Numbered from the stretch's first letter, positions 17,356 through 27,150 are shown. The stretch: DNA of 64,000 nt from Candidatus Omnitrophota bacterium (GCA_041674705.1 JBAYVF010000007.1:1322-65321); one strand, 5' to 3'. A program made the numbers and translations. The notes: generated from the letters alone by a model not told the origin.

Positions 17356-18060
17356 ATGGCATTGCGTGGATGGTTCAAATTCAAGAAAATAAGACTGCTG
17401 CTGGCTTGGGGCTCGATCCCCATCCTGCTTCTTTGCTCCAACATGAACGATCATACCTTCCGCTGGGGCATCGTCCTGATTATTATCGGTGAATTGATAC
17501 GTTTTTGGGCACTCGGGTTCGTGGAAAAAAAAGGGCAGAAGCTCGCCATGAGCGGTCCGTATGCTTTCGTGCGCAACCCTCTTTATGTCGGCAATTTCTT
17601 CCTCGGCCTCGGCGTCGCTGTGATCGTCTGGAACTGGATCATCCTGGTTATTTTTCTCGTCGGCTTTCTAGGAATTTATACGGGAACTATCCGCGGCGAA
17701 GAAAAACACTTGAAAGAGATGTTCGGAAAGCCTTACGAGGATTATTGCCGGAATGTTCCTTCTTGCTTCCCGCGACTTACACCCTATGCGGCGCCTGAAA
17801 AGGAATCCTTTCTCTGGAGCCGCATTATCAAGCATCACGAGTACATCACGGTGGCCGGCATTTTTCTTATGCTCATGCTGATCCACCTTTACGATGAGCT
17901 TTTCCTCGCCAAAGAACCGTTGTCCCAGGAAATACCCCTGATCGGCCTCACAGGAGTCGTGGTGCTTGCGCTGGTATTGGAACGGGTTTTTGTCAGCCGC
18001 CTTCATATCACGTTCTTTGAGCGCCTTCGCGAAAAACACGCCCCAAAAAAGAATCCGTAA
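17356..18060 (+). CDS. Isoprenylcysteine carboxyl methyltransferase (ICMT)/phospholipid methyltransferase-family membrane protein
   Basis: Multi-TM protein with the family motif SGPYAFVRNPLYVGNFF...EEKHL. Confidence 0.75.
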   Translation: MALRGWFKFKKIRLLLAWGSIPILLLCSNMNDHTFRWGIVLIIIGELIRFWALGFVEKKGQKLAMSGPYAFVRNPLYVGNFFLGLGVAVIVWNWIILVIFLVGFLGIYTGTIRGEEKHLKEMFGKPYEDYCRNVPSCFPRLTPYAAPEKESFLWSRIIKHHEYITVAGIFLMLMLIHLYDELFLAKEPLSQEIPLIGLTGVVVLALVLERVFVSRLHITFFERLREKHAPKKNP

Positions 18061-18092
18061 TATTTTTCTTTTTTAAAAAGCTCAAGAAAAAG

Positions 18093-18122
18093 TTGACCCG
18101 GACAAGCCGGAGTCTCTATAAT
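18093..18122 (+). promoter_or_regulatory. Candidate sigma70-type promoter for hss
   Basis: TTGACC (18093-18098), an 18-nt spacer, then TATAAT (18117-18122). Confidence 0.5.
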
Positions 18123-18157
18123 CCCTCAAATCTTTTTCCTCACGGGAGACTGCGATC

Positions 18158-19609
18158 ATGATGGAATTCAAGCAAAAGGTTCTTTGCATCGGTTTTGGCT
18201 CCGTCGGCAAATGCGCCTTGCCAATTCTCCTCGAACATGTCCGCATTCCTTATAAGAACATCACGGTGCTCGACTTTGCTGACAAACGCAAAGAGCTCGC
18301 GCCCTGGATCAAAAAAGGGGTCCGCTACTCCCAGGAAAAACTTAGCCCCGTGAATGTCGCGCGCACGCTTTCAAAATACGTCTCCCGCGGCGGCATGATC
18401 ATCGATCTGTCCTGGAACATTGACTCGCTCGACATGCTTTCCTGGTGCCATGAGAACAAAGTGCTTTACGTGAATACCTCGGTCGAGGAGTGGGACCCAT
18501 ACGCCAATATCGAAAAAAAGACCCCGCTTGAGAAATCGCTTTATTTCAAGCAGATGGGCTTGCGCAAGATGACCGCGAAATGGGCAGATGATTCGACGAC
18601 CGCGGTGCTGGACCATGGCGCTAACCCCGGGCTCATCAGTCACTTCACAAAGCAGGGACTTCTCGATATCGCCGAAAAGGCGACGCGCGATAAAACCACC
18701 TCCAAAAGGGACCGGAAAACCCTGGAGCATCTGATCCGTGAAGAAAAATTCCATCGCCTGGCCATGAAGCTCGGTGTGAAAACGATCCATGTCAGTGAAC
18801 GCGATACCCAGATCACCGACCAGCCTAAAGAAGTGGATGAATTCGTCGGCACCTGGTCGATCGAGGGGCTCCGGGAAGAGGCGATCTCCCCCTCTGAAAT
18901 TGGATGGGGCACGCATGAAAAGGAATTGCCTCCTCTCACCACGATCCCGGACTACGGCCCCCAGAACCAGATCTTTCTTTCCCAGATGGGCATGAACACC
19001 TGGGTACGTTCCTGGGTCCCGAACTATGAGATCGTCGGGATGGTCATCCGCCACGGAGAAGCGTTCAGTATTTCTGAAAAACTCACGGTCTGGAAAAGCG
19101 GCAAGCCCGTCTACCGTCCGACGGTCCATTACGTTTATATGCCGTGCAATGAAACCCTGGCCTCGGTTCACGAGCTCCGCTGCCGCAATTATGAGCTTCA
19201 ACCCAAGTGCCGCATTATGTCCGACGAAATCGTCAAGGGCGCAGACATTCTGGGATCTCTCATCATGGGCCACAAATACAATTCCTGGTGGACCGGGAGC
19301 ATCCTTACGATCGATGAAGCGCGCAAGCTTGTCCCGCATCAGAATGCCACCACGATCCAGGTCGCGATCGGCGTGGTCGCTGCGGCCATGTGGATGATCG
19401 AACATCCCAATAAAGGCGTCTGCGTCCCGGATGATCTCCCTCATAAAGAAATCCTCGCGACCGCAAAACCTTATCTTGGCACGATGGTCTCGGAACCTTA
19501 CGACTGGACACCTTTCAAGAATTATCAGGTCTTCTTCCAGGAAAACCAGAGCTCCCATCTGGATAAAAAAAATCCATGGTGTTTTAAGAATTTCCTGTTT
19601 AAAGAATAA
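18158..19609 (+). CDS. hss: Homospermidine synthase (bacterial, saccharopine-dehydrogenase-like)
   Basis: 483 aa. IGFGSVGK is the Rossmann motif. HVSERDTQ, GTWSIEG, GWGTHE, VYRPTVHYVYMPCNE, QNATTIQVA and DWTP match my recollection of the Blastochloris/Legionella HSS sequences along the whole length. Confidence 0.85.
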   Translation: MMEFKQKVLCIGFGSVGKCALPILLEHVRIPYKNITVLDFADKRKELAPWIKKGVRYSQEKLSPVNVARTLSKYVSRGGMIIDLSWNIDSLDMLSWCHENKVLYVNTSVEEWDPYANIEKKTPLEKSLYFKQMGLRKMTAKWADDSTTAVLDHGANPGLISHFTKQGLLDIAEKATRDKTTSKRDRKTLEHLIREEKFHRLAMKLGVKTIHVSERDTQITDQPKEVDEFVGTWSIEGLREEAISPSEIGWGTHEKELPPLTTIPDYGPQNQIFLSQMGMNTWVRSWVPNYEIVGMVIRHGEAFSISEKLTVWKSGKPVYRPTVHYVYMPCNETLASVHELRCRNYELQPKCRIMSDEIVKGADILGSLIMGHKYNSWWTGSILTIDEARKLVPHQNATTIQVAIGVVAAAMWMIEHPNKGVCVPDDLPHKEILATAKPYLGTMVSEPYDWTPFKNYQVFFQENQSSHLDKKNPWCFKNFLFKE

Positions 19610-19621
19610 CGCGGCAATCCC

Positions 19622-19969
19622 ATGATCAAAAAAAAGGGCGCTCAAGAGATCGAGAAGCGCGCGGGCATGCGCGGCGGTACGGGCGAGATCACGATCCGTC
19701 ATTATTTAAAGCCCGATGAGATCAAAGCCCGCACGCGTCTTTGCTCGGAACTCACCCTTCCTCCCGGCGCAAGCATCGGCCCACATGACCATGTGGAAGA
19801 AGATGAGATCTATATCATCCAGAAAGGCCAGGGACTTATGACCGATGGCGGCAAAGAATTCCAGGTCACGGCCGGTGACGCCATCCTCACGGGCCAAGGC
19901 GCTTCTCATTCCATCAAAAACACCGGCGCGGGCGACCTTGTCGTCACGGCTATTATTATTAAGTACTAA
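19622..19969 (+). CDS. Cupin-domain protein
   Basis: 115 aa with the cupin motifs GASIGPHDHVEEDEIYIIQKGQG and GASHSIKNTG. Confidence 0.75.
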   Translation: MIKKKGAQEIEKRAGMRGGTGEITIRHYLKPDEIKARTRLCSELTLPPGASIGPHDHVEEDEIYIIQKGQGLMTDGGKEFQVTAGDAILTGQGASHSIKNTGAGDLVVTAIIIKY

Positions 19970-20037
19970 AATTTAAAAATTTTCCCGCCTTTGGACGGGA
20001 CCCCGCCGCAGGCGGTGGCAAATTTGAGATCTTAGGC

Positions 20038-21153
20038 ATGCATCCCACTTTTCCCCAGGAAACTTTCTTTCCAGCCAAGGTCCTTTTTAAACAGGGCGGC
20101 CTTGCGAACCTCGCCCGGGAGACCGCGGACTTTGGAACGCGCGGCATGATCGTTCACGGCGCCTCGTTTCTAAAAAGCGGCTTGAAAGAAAAAATCTCGG
20201 AAGATTTTAAAAAAGCGGGACTTTCGGCCGAATTTTCCTGCCGCCCGCAAGGAGAACCGACCCTGGACGAGATCGACGCGGTAATAACTCAAGGCCATCA
20301 TTTAAAAGCAGGGTGGATCATCGGGATCGGTGGCGGGAGCGTGCTGGACCTCGCCAAAGCCTCCGCCGGGCTTTTCCACGCCAAAGAAAAGCCGTCCTAT
20401 TATCAGGAAGGAGGCGCCCTTGAAAAACCGGGGATCCCCTTTCTCGCAGTCCCGACAACTGCCGGAAGCGGTTCGGAGGCGTCACCGAATGCTGTGATCA
20501 TCAATCCTGAAAAAAAAGTGAAGCTTTCCATTCGTCACCAGGATTTCCTCGCGCGTAAGATCCTCCTCGACCCGGATCTTCTGAAGGGCCTTCCCTTCGC
20601 CGTAATGTGCCACTCGGGGATGGATGCCTGGGTCCAGGCTTATGAGTCCTTCATCTCGAAACACGCGACCTGGTTCAGCGAAAACTTCGCGCTTAAAGCC
20701 ATTCAACTGATCAGCCGTCACCTGGTGCCGGCCCTAAACGCAGGCCGTGATGAAGACTTAAGCGGGCTCATGCTCGGAAGCTTTTTTTCCGGAGTCGCTT
20801 TTTCCCATTCGCGCCTCGGCGTGATCCACGGCCTCGCGCATCCTTTGGGCGTGCTTTATAACGTCCCGCACGGACTGATCTGCTCGCTTTGTTTCGCGCC
20901 CTCCATCAAACTCAATCTCGAAGCCATGGGCAATCAGAAATATTCCATTATGAGCCAGGCCGTCGGCATGGACCTCCTCCAGAAAGTCCACGAACTTCAG
21001 AAAACACTCAAGATCATTTCCCCTTTCAAGGGAAAGCCTCTGATCGAAAAGGAAAAGATCATCGCGGAAACGCTCCGGTCCGGCTCCACCGCCGCGAACC
21101 CCAAGCCGATTACCCGTGAAGACGTGGAATATCTTTTGAAAGAGCTCTTTTAA
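20038..21153 (+). CDS. Iron-containing (group III) alcohol dehydrogenase-family protein
   Basis: 371 aa with GIGGGSVLDLAKA, PTTAGSGSE and His-rich metal-site segments (HGLAHPLG). Confidence 0.8.
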   Translation: MHPTFPQETFFPAKVLFKQGGLANLARETADFGTRGMIVHGASFLKSGLKEKISEDFKKAGLSAEFSCRPQGEPTLDEIDAVITQGHHLKAGWIIGIGGGSVLDLAKASAGLFHAKEKPSYYQEGGALEKPGIPFLAVPTTAGSGSEASPNAVIINPEKKVKLSIRHQDFLARKILLDPDLLKGLPFAVMCHSGMDAWVQAYESFISKHATWFSENFALKAIQLISRHLVPALNAGRDEDLSGLMLGSFFSGVAFSHSRLGVIHGLAHPLGVLYNVPHGLICSLCFAPSIKLNLEAMGNQKYSIMSQAVGMDLLQKVHELQKTLKIISPFKGKPLIEKEKIIAETLRSGSTAANPKPITREDVEYLLKELF

Positions 21154-21183
21154 AAAAGGACTCCGTTCCTTTTTTAAAATTTT

Positions 21184-22101
21184 ATGTTAGCATGCCGTAT
21201 GCGTGAAAAATTCGCCTTCAATTACTGGTTTCAATATCTCATTGTCCGCTTTTTGGCCTTTCTCGCGACCGTGCTCCCCGTAGAAGTTTCCCACAGGGTC
21301 GCCTGCGGGTTCGGGACCCTGACCTACTGGATCCTCGGAAAACGCCGCAAGATCGCGCTTGAGAACATCGCCAGCGCCCTGGGGGATTCCCTTCCGGATC
21401 GAAGAAAGCGTGAGATCGCGCACTCTGCCTTCCAAAGCGCCGCGCTTTCCATGATGGAGCTTTTCACGGTCGAAAAGATCAAAAAAGAGGCTCAGACCCG
21501 TTTCAAGCTTTTCGGGAATGAATTTCTGGAAGAAGCCTTTCTGAAAAAACAGGGTGTCGTGCTGGTCATCTCTCACCTGGGTTCCTGGGAATATCTTTCT
21601 TTCCTTCCCTACTTCACAAATCGGCCATGGTCGGTCGTGGTCAAAAACATCAAAAACCCCCTCATTGACGAAGCCATCAATTCCATGCGCCGCATCATGA
21701 CTGTCCATCCGGTCTCGAAAGACGGCTCGGTCAGAACTATTTTCCAGGAGCTCAAGGCCGGACATGGGGTGGCCATTTTAGTCGACCAATGGGCGGGCGA
21801 TGAAGGCCTCTGGGTTGATTTTTTTGATACGAAAACTTCAACCACATCGATCCCCGCGCGACTCTCCGAAAAGACGGGCTGCGCGCTTGTCTCCGCCTAT
21901 TGCCTCCGGACAGCTCCCGGACATTACGAGATCCACATCGAAAAACCAATCGTCCATGACATGGACCAACCAGGTTGGGAAAGCACGGTCACCCGGGACC
22001 TTAATGAAGTTCTCGAGGGGCAGATCCTGAGACATCCCGAGCAGTGGCTCTGGGGTCACCGCCGTTGGAAAAACAAACCTGATAACCTGCGGACAGCCTG
22101 A
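21184..22101 (+). CDS. Lysophospholipid/lipid A acyltransferase (LpxL/HtrB family)
   Basis: The protein has an N-terminal TM anchor, an HLGSWE motif (the HxxxxE-type acyltransferase motif) and a family-typical C-terminal ILRHPEQWLWGHRRWK. The true start may be the ATG at 21199. Confidence 0.75.
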   Translation: MLACRMREKFAFNYWFQYLIVRFLAFLATVLPVEVSHRVACGFGTLTYWILGKRRKIALENIASALGDSLPDRRKREIAHSAFQSAALSMMELFTVEKIKKEAQTRFKLFGNEFLEEAFLKKQGVVLVISHLGSWEYLSFLPYFTNRPWSVVVKNIKNPLIDEAINSMRRIMTVHPVSKDGSVRTIFQELKAGHGVAILVDQWAGDEGLWVDFFDTKTSTTSIPARLSEKTGCALVSAYCLRTAPGHYEIHIEKPIVHDMDQPGWESTVTRDLNEVLEGQILRHPEQWLWGHRRWKNKPDNLRTA

Positions 22102-23267
22102 TGGATATTGAACTTAAGATTGAAAAATTGGTCTTTGGCGGCGATGGTTTAGGATTCGTCGAAGGAAAAGCGTGTTTTGTGGCAAGCACTCTGCCGGGCG
22201 AGAAAGTTCTCGCGCGGATCTTAAGCGACAAGCCCAACTTCATGAGGGCCAGCCTCCTCCGCGTGCTGGAACCTTCCCCGCATCGCATTCACCCGCCCTG
22301 TCCTTATATCGAACGCTGCGGCGGCTGCCAGTACCAGCACCTCCCCTACGCGCAAGAATTGAATTGCAAGGAACAGCAGGTGCGCGAAAGTTTCGCCCAG
22401 GTGTTTAAAGGAGAGGAGATCGCCATTCTCCCGATCCAATCCGGAGCCAAAGACTACGGTTATCGCAAAAGCATCACGATCCATCGCACAACGGAAAAGA
22501 ACAACAAGCCCCAACGACTCGGTTTCATCGGCCGTGACAATCACTCCAAGGTCCTGATCGACTATTGCATGCTTGCTGACGAACGCCTTAAGGAGGTCTT
22601 TACCGCTGAGCACAAGCTCAACCGCCGCGAGGAAAAAAGAGCCTTCAAGCTGGACGAAAAAGGGCGGATCTTCACAAGCGATGAAGAAAGGCTTTATCGC
22701 GTCAGCGTCGACGGCCGTTCGTTTTGGACAAGCTCTCTGGGATTCTTCCAGAATAATATTGAAGTGACGGAACTCATCGCAAAAAAATTGGCGGGATACA
22801 TCGCTGCGGTCAAGCCCTCCCGGTTCTTGGATCTTTATGCCGGCGTCGGAACTTTTCCCCTCCTGACGGCTCGCGATGTTCCGGAGATCCATTGTTTTGA
22901 GGATAATCCCTACAGCACAGGCTGTCTCCGGAGAAATGTCCAGGAATTCGACTTCCCCTTGGCGGGAATTTTTGCGGGCAAAGTCGAAAAAACCTTCCCT
23001 CGTTTTATGGTCCGCAGCCCCAAGCCTGGGACGCTGGTCTTTATGGATCCGCCGCGCCAAGGGATCGCCTCATCCCTTGCGGACTTTTTTGCGAAAGAAG
23101 AAGCTGGAGAGAATATCTTTTATCTTTCTTGCGACCTGCAGATCCTTTTGCGGGATTTAAAACAGATCCTCGCCACCGGCCGTTATAAGGTCCGGGAGGT
23201 CACGCCCTTCGACATGTTCCCGCGCACGAAGCACATTGAGGTGCTTGTCTGGCTGGCTAAGTTCTAG
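22101..23267 (+). CDS. 23S rRNA (uracil-5-)-methyltransferase RlmD/RumA-family (TRAM + Fe-S + SAM-MTase)
   Basis: A TRAM-like N-terminus is followed by the Cys cluster CPYIERCGGCQYQH and a SAM motif LDLYAGVGTF, ending FDMFPRTKHIE. The ATG overlaps the upstream stop by 1 nt. Confidence 0.8.
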   Translation: MDIELKIEKLVFGGDGLGFVEGKACFVASTLPGEKVLARILSDKPNFMRASLLRVLEPSPHRIHPPCPYIERCGGCQYQHLPYAQELNCKEQQVRESFAQVFKGEEIAILPIQSGAKDYGYRKSITIHRTTEKNNKPQRLGFIGRDNHSKVLIDYCMLADERLKEVFTAEHKLNRREEKRAFKLDEKGRIFTSDEERLYRVSVDGRSFWTSSLGFFQNNIEVTELIAKKLAGYIAAVKPSRFLDLYAGVGTFPLLTARDVPEIHCFEDNPYSTGCLRRNVQEFDFPLAGIFAGKVEKTFPRFMVRSPKPGTLVFMDPPRQGIASSLADFFAKEEAGENIFYLSCDLQILLRDLKQILATGRYKVREVTPFDMFPRTKHIEVLVWLAKF

Positions 23268-24454
23268 ACGGCTTTTCCCGCGACCGCACCGCTGGCCCAG
23301 GCCCAGGCGAGATTGTAACCTCCCCGTCGGCCTTGCACGTCGAGGATCTCTCCCGCGAAATACAGTCCTTTCTGGAGTTTGGACTCCAGGGTCAACGGAT
23401 CCACTTCGCCCGCCGGGATCCCTCCGGCCGTGAATTCAGCTTCATTCCACCCGCGTGTGCCGATCACCTTGAATTCTTTATGTTTGAGCAGATGGGCAAG
23501 GGTAGAAGCGTCCGCATTTTGGAGGGCGGCTCGGAAAGCGAGGAAAAACTTGTGGATCAAAAGACCCTCCAGAAAATTCTCACGCGTCACGCCCTTTTCA
23601 AAACGACGGGAGAGCTCTTCGGTTAAAGCGCCCTCACTCATGAACGGGATCAGATCGACGCTCACGGTAACCTCTTGAACATGTCTGCGATTCATGGCGA
23701 TCGAAATCTCGTCGCTCACGTCCAAGATCGCGGTCCCGGAAAGTCCGTACTGCGTAAAAAGAAGTTCTCCGGACTCTGTCCGGATTTTCTTGCCTCCAAT
23801 GAAACTCGTGACGGTCGCGCGAACTTTCTGTCCTTGAAGAAAATGACAGCATGGATCCTTCGCGACAAGCGCCACGGTGCTCGGCACCGGTTCGAGGATC
23901 CCGTGCCCCAATGAGGCGGCGAGCGTATAGCCGTTCCCGTCCGCGCCAAGCGCCGGGTAGGATTTACCTCCGGCGCATAAAATAACCTTTCGCCCTGTTT
24001 CTTTTTCTCCGGTCCGGGCGCAGACTTCAAATCCGTTTTTTACGGCGTGGATGTTTTTTATTTCACAGCCAAGATCAAGCGTCACTTTGAGCCGCTCAAG
24101 CTCCATTTCCAGCACCTTGAGGACGGAGGCGGCCTGATTGGTCACCGGAAAGATCCGGCCTGTTTCATCCGCATAAGTCGCAAGACCCAGCTCTTTGAAA
24201 AATTCGAGCATGGCGTCTTTTCCGAACTGACCCAGGACCGAACGGACAAGCGTCTGGCTTCCGGGATTATAAAAAGAAGCCCCGAGGGTTTCGTTCAGGA
24301 GATTGCAGCGGCCGGCGCCTGTGATGAGCAGTTTTTTCCCGAGCTTCGGCATTTTTTCACACACCAGAACGGACCGGCCTTCACGCTTCTCCATGATCGC
24401 CGCCATGATTCCCGCCGCGCCACCTCCGATGACGATCACATCATACTGAGCCAT
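23264..24454 (-). CDS. NAD(P)/FAD-dependent oxidoreductase, HI0933/BaiN-like family
   Basis: YDVIVIGGGAAGIMAA is the dinucleotide motif, and TGAGRCNL is family-typical. Confidence 0.8.
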   Translation of the reverse strand: MAQYDVIVIGGGAAGIMAAIMEKREGRSVLVCEKMPKLGKKLLITGAGRCNLLNETLGASFYNPGSQTLVRSVLGQFGKDAMLEFFKELGLATYADETGRIFPVTNQAASVLKVLEMELERLKVTLDLGCEIKNIHAVKNGFEVCARTGEKETGRKVILCAGGKSYPALGADGNGYTLAASLGHGILEPVPSTVALVAKDPCCHFLQGQKVRATVTSFIGGKKIRTESGELLFTQYGLSGTAILDVSDEISIAMNRRHVQEVTVSVDLIPFMSEGALTEELSRRFEKGVTRENFLEGLLIHKFFLAFRAALQNADASTLAHLLKHKEFKVIGTRGWNEAEFTAGGIPAGEVDPLTLESKLQKGLYFAGEILDVQGRRGGYNLAWAWASGAVAGKAV

Positions 24455-26243
24455 GCTCTCTCCTTGGAAAACGGTTTGTATCCCGTGTTTGCCGTTCCCC
24501 TATAATCATTCCCGTTCTTTTGGGTTGAACTAATTCGCGTTGATATTGCCGCTCTTTGTGGGTTTTGGCGGTCATGACCGGCTCGCCGGTCATGGGGTGC
24601 TTCCCCGTATAATACATGCACGTTGATAAAGTCATCGGTAAGGGCATAAAATCCTGCACCTGTTCCGGGTGCATGTGTTTTGAGGATAAATACGCGGCAA
24701 GCTCTCTGGCATCTCCATCCGTGCACCCCGGATGCGCGCTGACAAAATAATTCACCAGATATTGTTTCTTGCCAACCTTCTGGTTCATCGCCTGAAACCG
24801 CTCGGCAAACCGCTCATAGACCTTAAGCGGCGGTTTATTCATCTTCTTGAGAACCGCATCAGAGGCATGTTCCGGAGCCACCTTCAGCTGACCGCTTACA
24901 TGGTTTTTGCAAAGCGTCTCGAGGTACGCATCCGACTCTTTATCCACAAGCAGGTCATACCGGAGACCGCTTTGGATAAAAAGGTGTTTTACTTTCGGAA
25001 TAGCCAGAACTTCCCGCCAGAGTTCCATGGATTTTTCGTAGCCAAGCTTCAGGTTTTTGCATTTCACGGGCATCATGCATTGCTTGTCCCTGCAGGTCCC
25101 GGCTGTGTCCCACTGATCGCACATCGCGCCGTAGAGATTCGCGGTGGGGCCTCCGATATCGGTAAGGGTCCCTTTGAATTCTTTCCGCGCCGCCAGAATC
25201 CGCACCTCATTTAAAACAGACTCCTTGCTGCGGCTCTGGATCATCCTCCCTTGATGCGCAAAAAGAGAACAGAAATTGCATTCCCCGGCACAACCACGGT
25301 GCGCCGTGATGGAAAATCGCGTGGTCTCGAATCCCGGCACTCCCTGCCTGCCGGCAGGCAGGCGCCGATCGTCATAAATCGGGTGCCAATCGCGTGCAAA
25401 AGGCAGCTCGTAGCAATGATCGAGTTCCGAGGTTGTAAGCGGCAATGCGGGCGGTTCCTGGATCACGAACCGAGTGCCGTGCGGCTGGATCACCGGTCTT
25501 CCTCGGATCGGATCCCCTTCCAGATAAGCAAGCTTGAACGCCTCGTTAAACTTGTCCTTATTCGTACTCGCTTCTTCATAGGAGGGCAGGAGGACCGCCT
25601 GTTCAAACCCTTCGCTGTTATTCCGAAGGATCGCCGTACCCCGGATATTTTTCAGTTTCTTAACCTCTTCCCCATCGCGAAGGCGTCGCGCGATCTCGAG
25701 GATCGGGCTCTCCCCCATACCATAAACAAGTATATCCGCTTTCGCGTCCACCAAAATGGAACGACGGACTGTCTCCTCCCAATAATCAAAATGCGCGAAA
25801 CGCCGCAAACTCGCCTCAACACCACCGAGGACGACCGGAATGCCCGGGAAAAGCCCTTTGATCTTACTGGTGTAAACGATCGTCGCGCGGTTGGGCCTCA
25901 GACCCGACCGCCCCCCCGGCGAATAATCATCGGTACGCCGCGGTTTTTTGCTCGCGGTGTAATTGCTTACCATGGAATCCAGATTGCCGGCCGTCACCCC
26001 GAAAAAAAGACGCGGCCGCCCGAGCGCAAGAAAATCCTGAGTGGTTTTCCAGTCCGGTTGCGCGATGATACCGACCTTGTAACCCGCATCCTCCAGAACT
26101 CGCCCGATCAGCGCCGTGCCATAGGAAGGATGGTCCACGTAGGCGTCGCCCGTAATAAGAATAATGTCACACGCATCCCAGCCTCGCTCCGCGAGGTCTT
26201 GTTTTGAGATGGGAAGGAATTTTTTCCGGTCCGTTTTTTGCAT
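24441..26243 (-). CDS. ygiQ: YgiQ-family radical SAM protein
   Basis: FLPISKQDLAERGWDACDIILITGDAYVDHPSYG is the N-terminal domain, followed by a radical SAM core, HRGCAGECNFCS. The start was chosen at the ATG 26241-26243, downstream of GGGAGG. Confidence 0.85.
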   Translation of the reverse strand: MQKTDRKKFLPISKQDLAERGWDACDIILITGDAYVDHPSYGTALIGRVLEDAGYKVGIIAQPDWKTTQDFLALGRPRLFFGVTAGNLDSMVSNYTASKKPRRTDDYSPGGRSGLRPNRATIVYTSKIKGLFPGIPVVLGGVEASLRRFAHFDYWEETVRRSILVDAKADILVYGMGESPILEIARRLRDGEEVKKLKNIRGTAILRNNSEGFEQAVLLPSYEEASTNKDKFNEAFKLAYLEGDPIRGRPVIQPHGTRFVIQEPPALPLTTSELDHCYELPFARDWHPIYDDRRLPAGRQGVPGFETTRFSITAHRGCAGECNFCSLFAHQGRMIQSRSKESVLNEVRILAARKEFKGTLTDIGGPTANLYGAMCDQWDTAGTCRDKQCMMPVKCKNLKLGYEKSMELWREVLAIPKVKHLFIQSGLRYDLLVDKESDAYLETLCKNHVSGQLKVAPEHASDAVLKKMNKPPLKVYERFAERFQAMNQKVGKKQYLVNYFVSAHPGCTDGDARELAAYLSSKHMHPEQVQDFMPLPMTLSTCMYYTGKHPMTGEPVMTAKTHKERQYQRELVQPKRTGMIIGERQTRDTNRFPRREHGSV

Positions 26244-26326
26244 GCCAGGATTATAACCTCCCGGAACCAAAGGCCAAAGTCTAAAGGTTCTGCGCAGCGA
26301 AGCGGATTTCGTTGCGAAACGACTCG

Positions 26327-26494
26327 TGATATAATGCCCGAGATCATCACTTAGCGACCCACGGGAAGCTAAGCGATAAGATCGAGGTCACCCCGCCTCT
26401 TGCATTCTGCAAGAATGCGGCGGGGTTTAATTCGCGCTCATAACTTATGTCGCTTCGCTCCGCAAGTTATGCGCTCATTAAAGGAGGATTTATC
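26327..26494 (+). promoter_or_regulatory. Structured leader or candidate small RNA upstream of sodB
   Basis: An extended -10 TGaTATAAT (26327-26335) is followed by three hairpins. The first is CTTAGC/GCTAAG (26350-26373). The second is a 14-bp two-part stem CCCCGCCTCTTGCA/TGCAAGA..GGCGGGG (26391-26425) followed by TTTAATT. The third is CATAACTT/AAGTTATG (26439-26470). Confidence 0.4.
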
Positions 26495-27079
26495 ATGCCA
26501 TTCACACTTCCCGAACTGCCTTATGCTTTAGACGCCCTCGCACCCCAGATCAGCAAAGAAACGCTCGAGTATCATTACGGCAAGCACCATCAAGCCTATG
26601 TCACGAACCTCAACAAACTCACGGACGGAAAACCCGAGGCCTCAAAAAGTCTGGAAGAATTGATCAAGAAAGCCAAAGGGCCTGTGTTCAACAATGCCGC
26701 ACAAGTCTGGAACCACACCTTTTACTGGAATTGCCTGAAGCCCCAAGGCGGCGGGCTTCCGACCGGCGCTTTACTCGAGGCGATCAATACTTCTTTTGGA
26801 AGCTTTGAGGAGTTTAAAACACTTTTCACGAGTATGGCCGTCGGGCTCTTTGGGTCCGGTTGGGCGTGGCTGGTCAAGGACGATGATGGTTCTTTCGGAG
26901 TCGAAGCGATGTCGAATGCCGGAAATCCCCTAACGAACGGCCAAACACCGCTTCTCACCTGCGATGTATGGGAACACGCCTATTACATTGATTACCGGAA
27001 TGCCCGTGCGAAATACGTGGAGACGTTCTGGAATCTGGTGAATTGGGAGTTTGTGGCGAAAAATCTGAACATCGGATGA
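26495..27079 (+). CDS. sodB: Fe/Mn superoxide dismutase
   Basis: MPFTLPELPYALDALAPQISKETLEYHYGKHHQAYV...DVWEHAYYIDYRN. An AAAGGAGG RBS lies upstream of the ATG at 26495. Confidence 0.95.
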   Translation: MPFTLPELPYALDALAPQISKETLEYHYGKHHQAYVTNLNKLTDGKPEASKSLEELIKKAKGPVFNNAAQVWNHTFYWNCLKPQGGGLPTGALLEAINTSFGSFEEFKTLFTSMAVGLFGSGWAWLVKDDDGSFGVEAMSNAGNPLTNGQTPLLTCDVWEHAYYIDYRNARAKYVETFWNLVNWEFVAKNLNIG

Positions 27080-27140
27080 TGGATGGAGGAGGGAGGATGG
27101 CGAAAAACACTGCTGGACGCCTTCCACCATCCGCCATCCG
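27074..27140. repeat. GGATG-unit composition-skewed hairpin between convergent sodB and TPR genes
   Basis: The purine-rich arm GGATGATGGATGGAGGAGGGAGGATGGCG faces the pyrimidine-rich arm CGCCTTCCACCATCCGCCATCCG, forming an imperfect inverted repeat. Confidence 0.6.
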
Positions 27141-27150
27141 TTTTCCTGTT

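Noticed and set aside
18371-19702. 443-aa minus-strand ORF antisense to hss
   Set aside because: It is a shadow ORF opposite a full-length homospermidine synthase match, with an R/D/G/F-rich composition.
22221-23060. 279-aa minus-strand ORF antisense to the RlmD-like gene
   Set aside because: It is a shadow ORF with no motifs. The sense frame has the TRAM, Fe-S and SAM motifs.
23264-23267. Convergent genes overlapping through a palindromic CTAG (both stops)
   Set aside because: The overlap is real but trivial, a 4-nt overlap of stop codons with no further structure.
25251-26207. 318-aa plus-strand ORF antisense to ygiQ
   Set aside because: It is a shadow ORF. The ygiQ frame is strongly supported.
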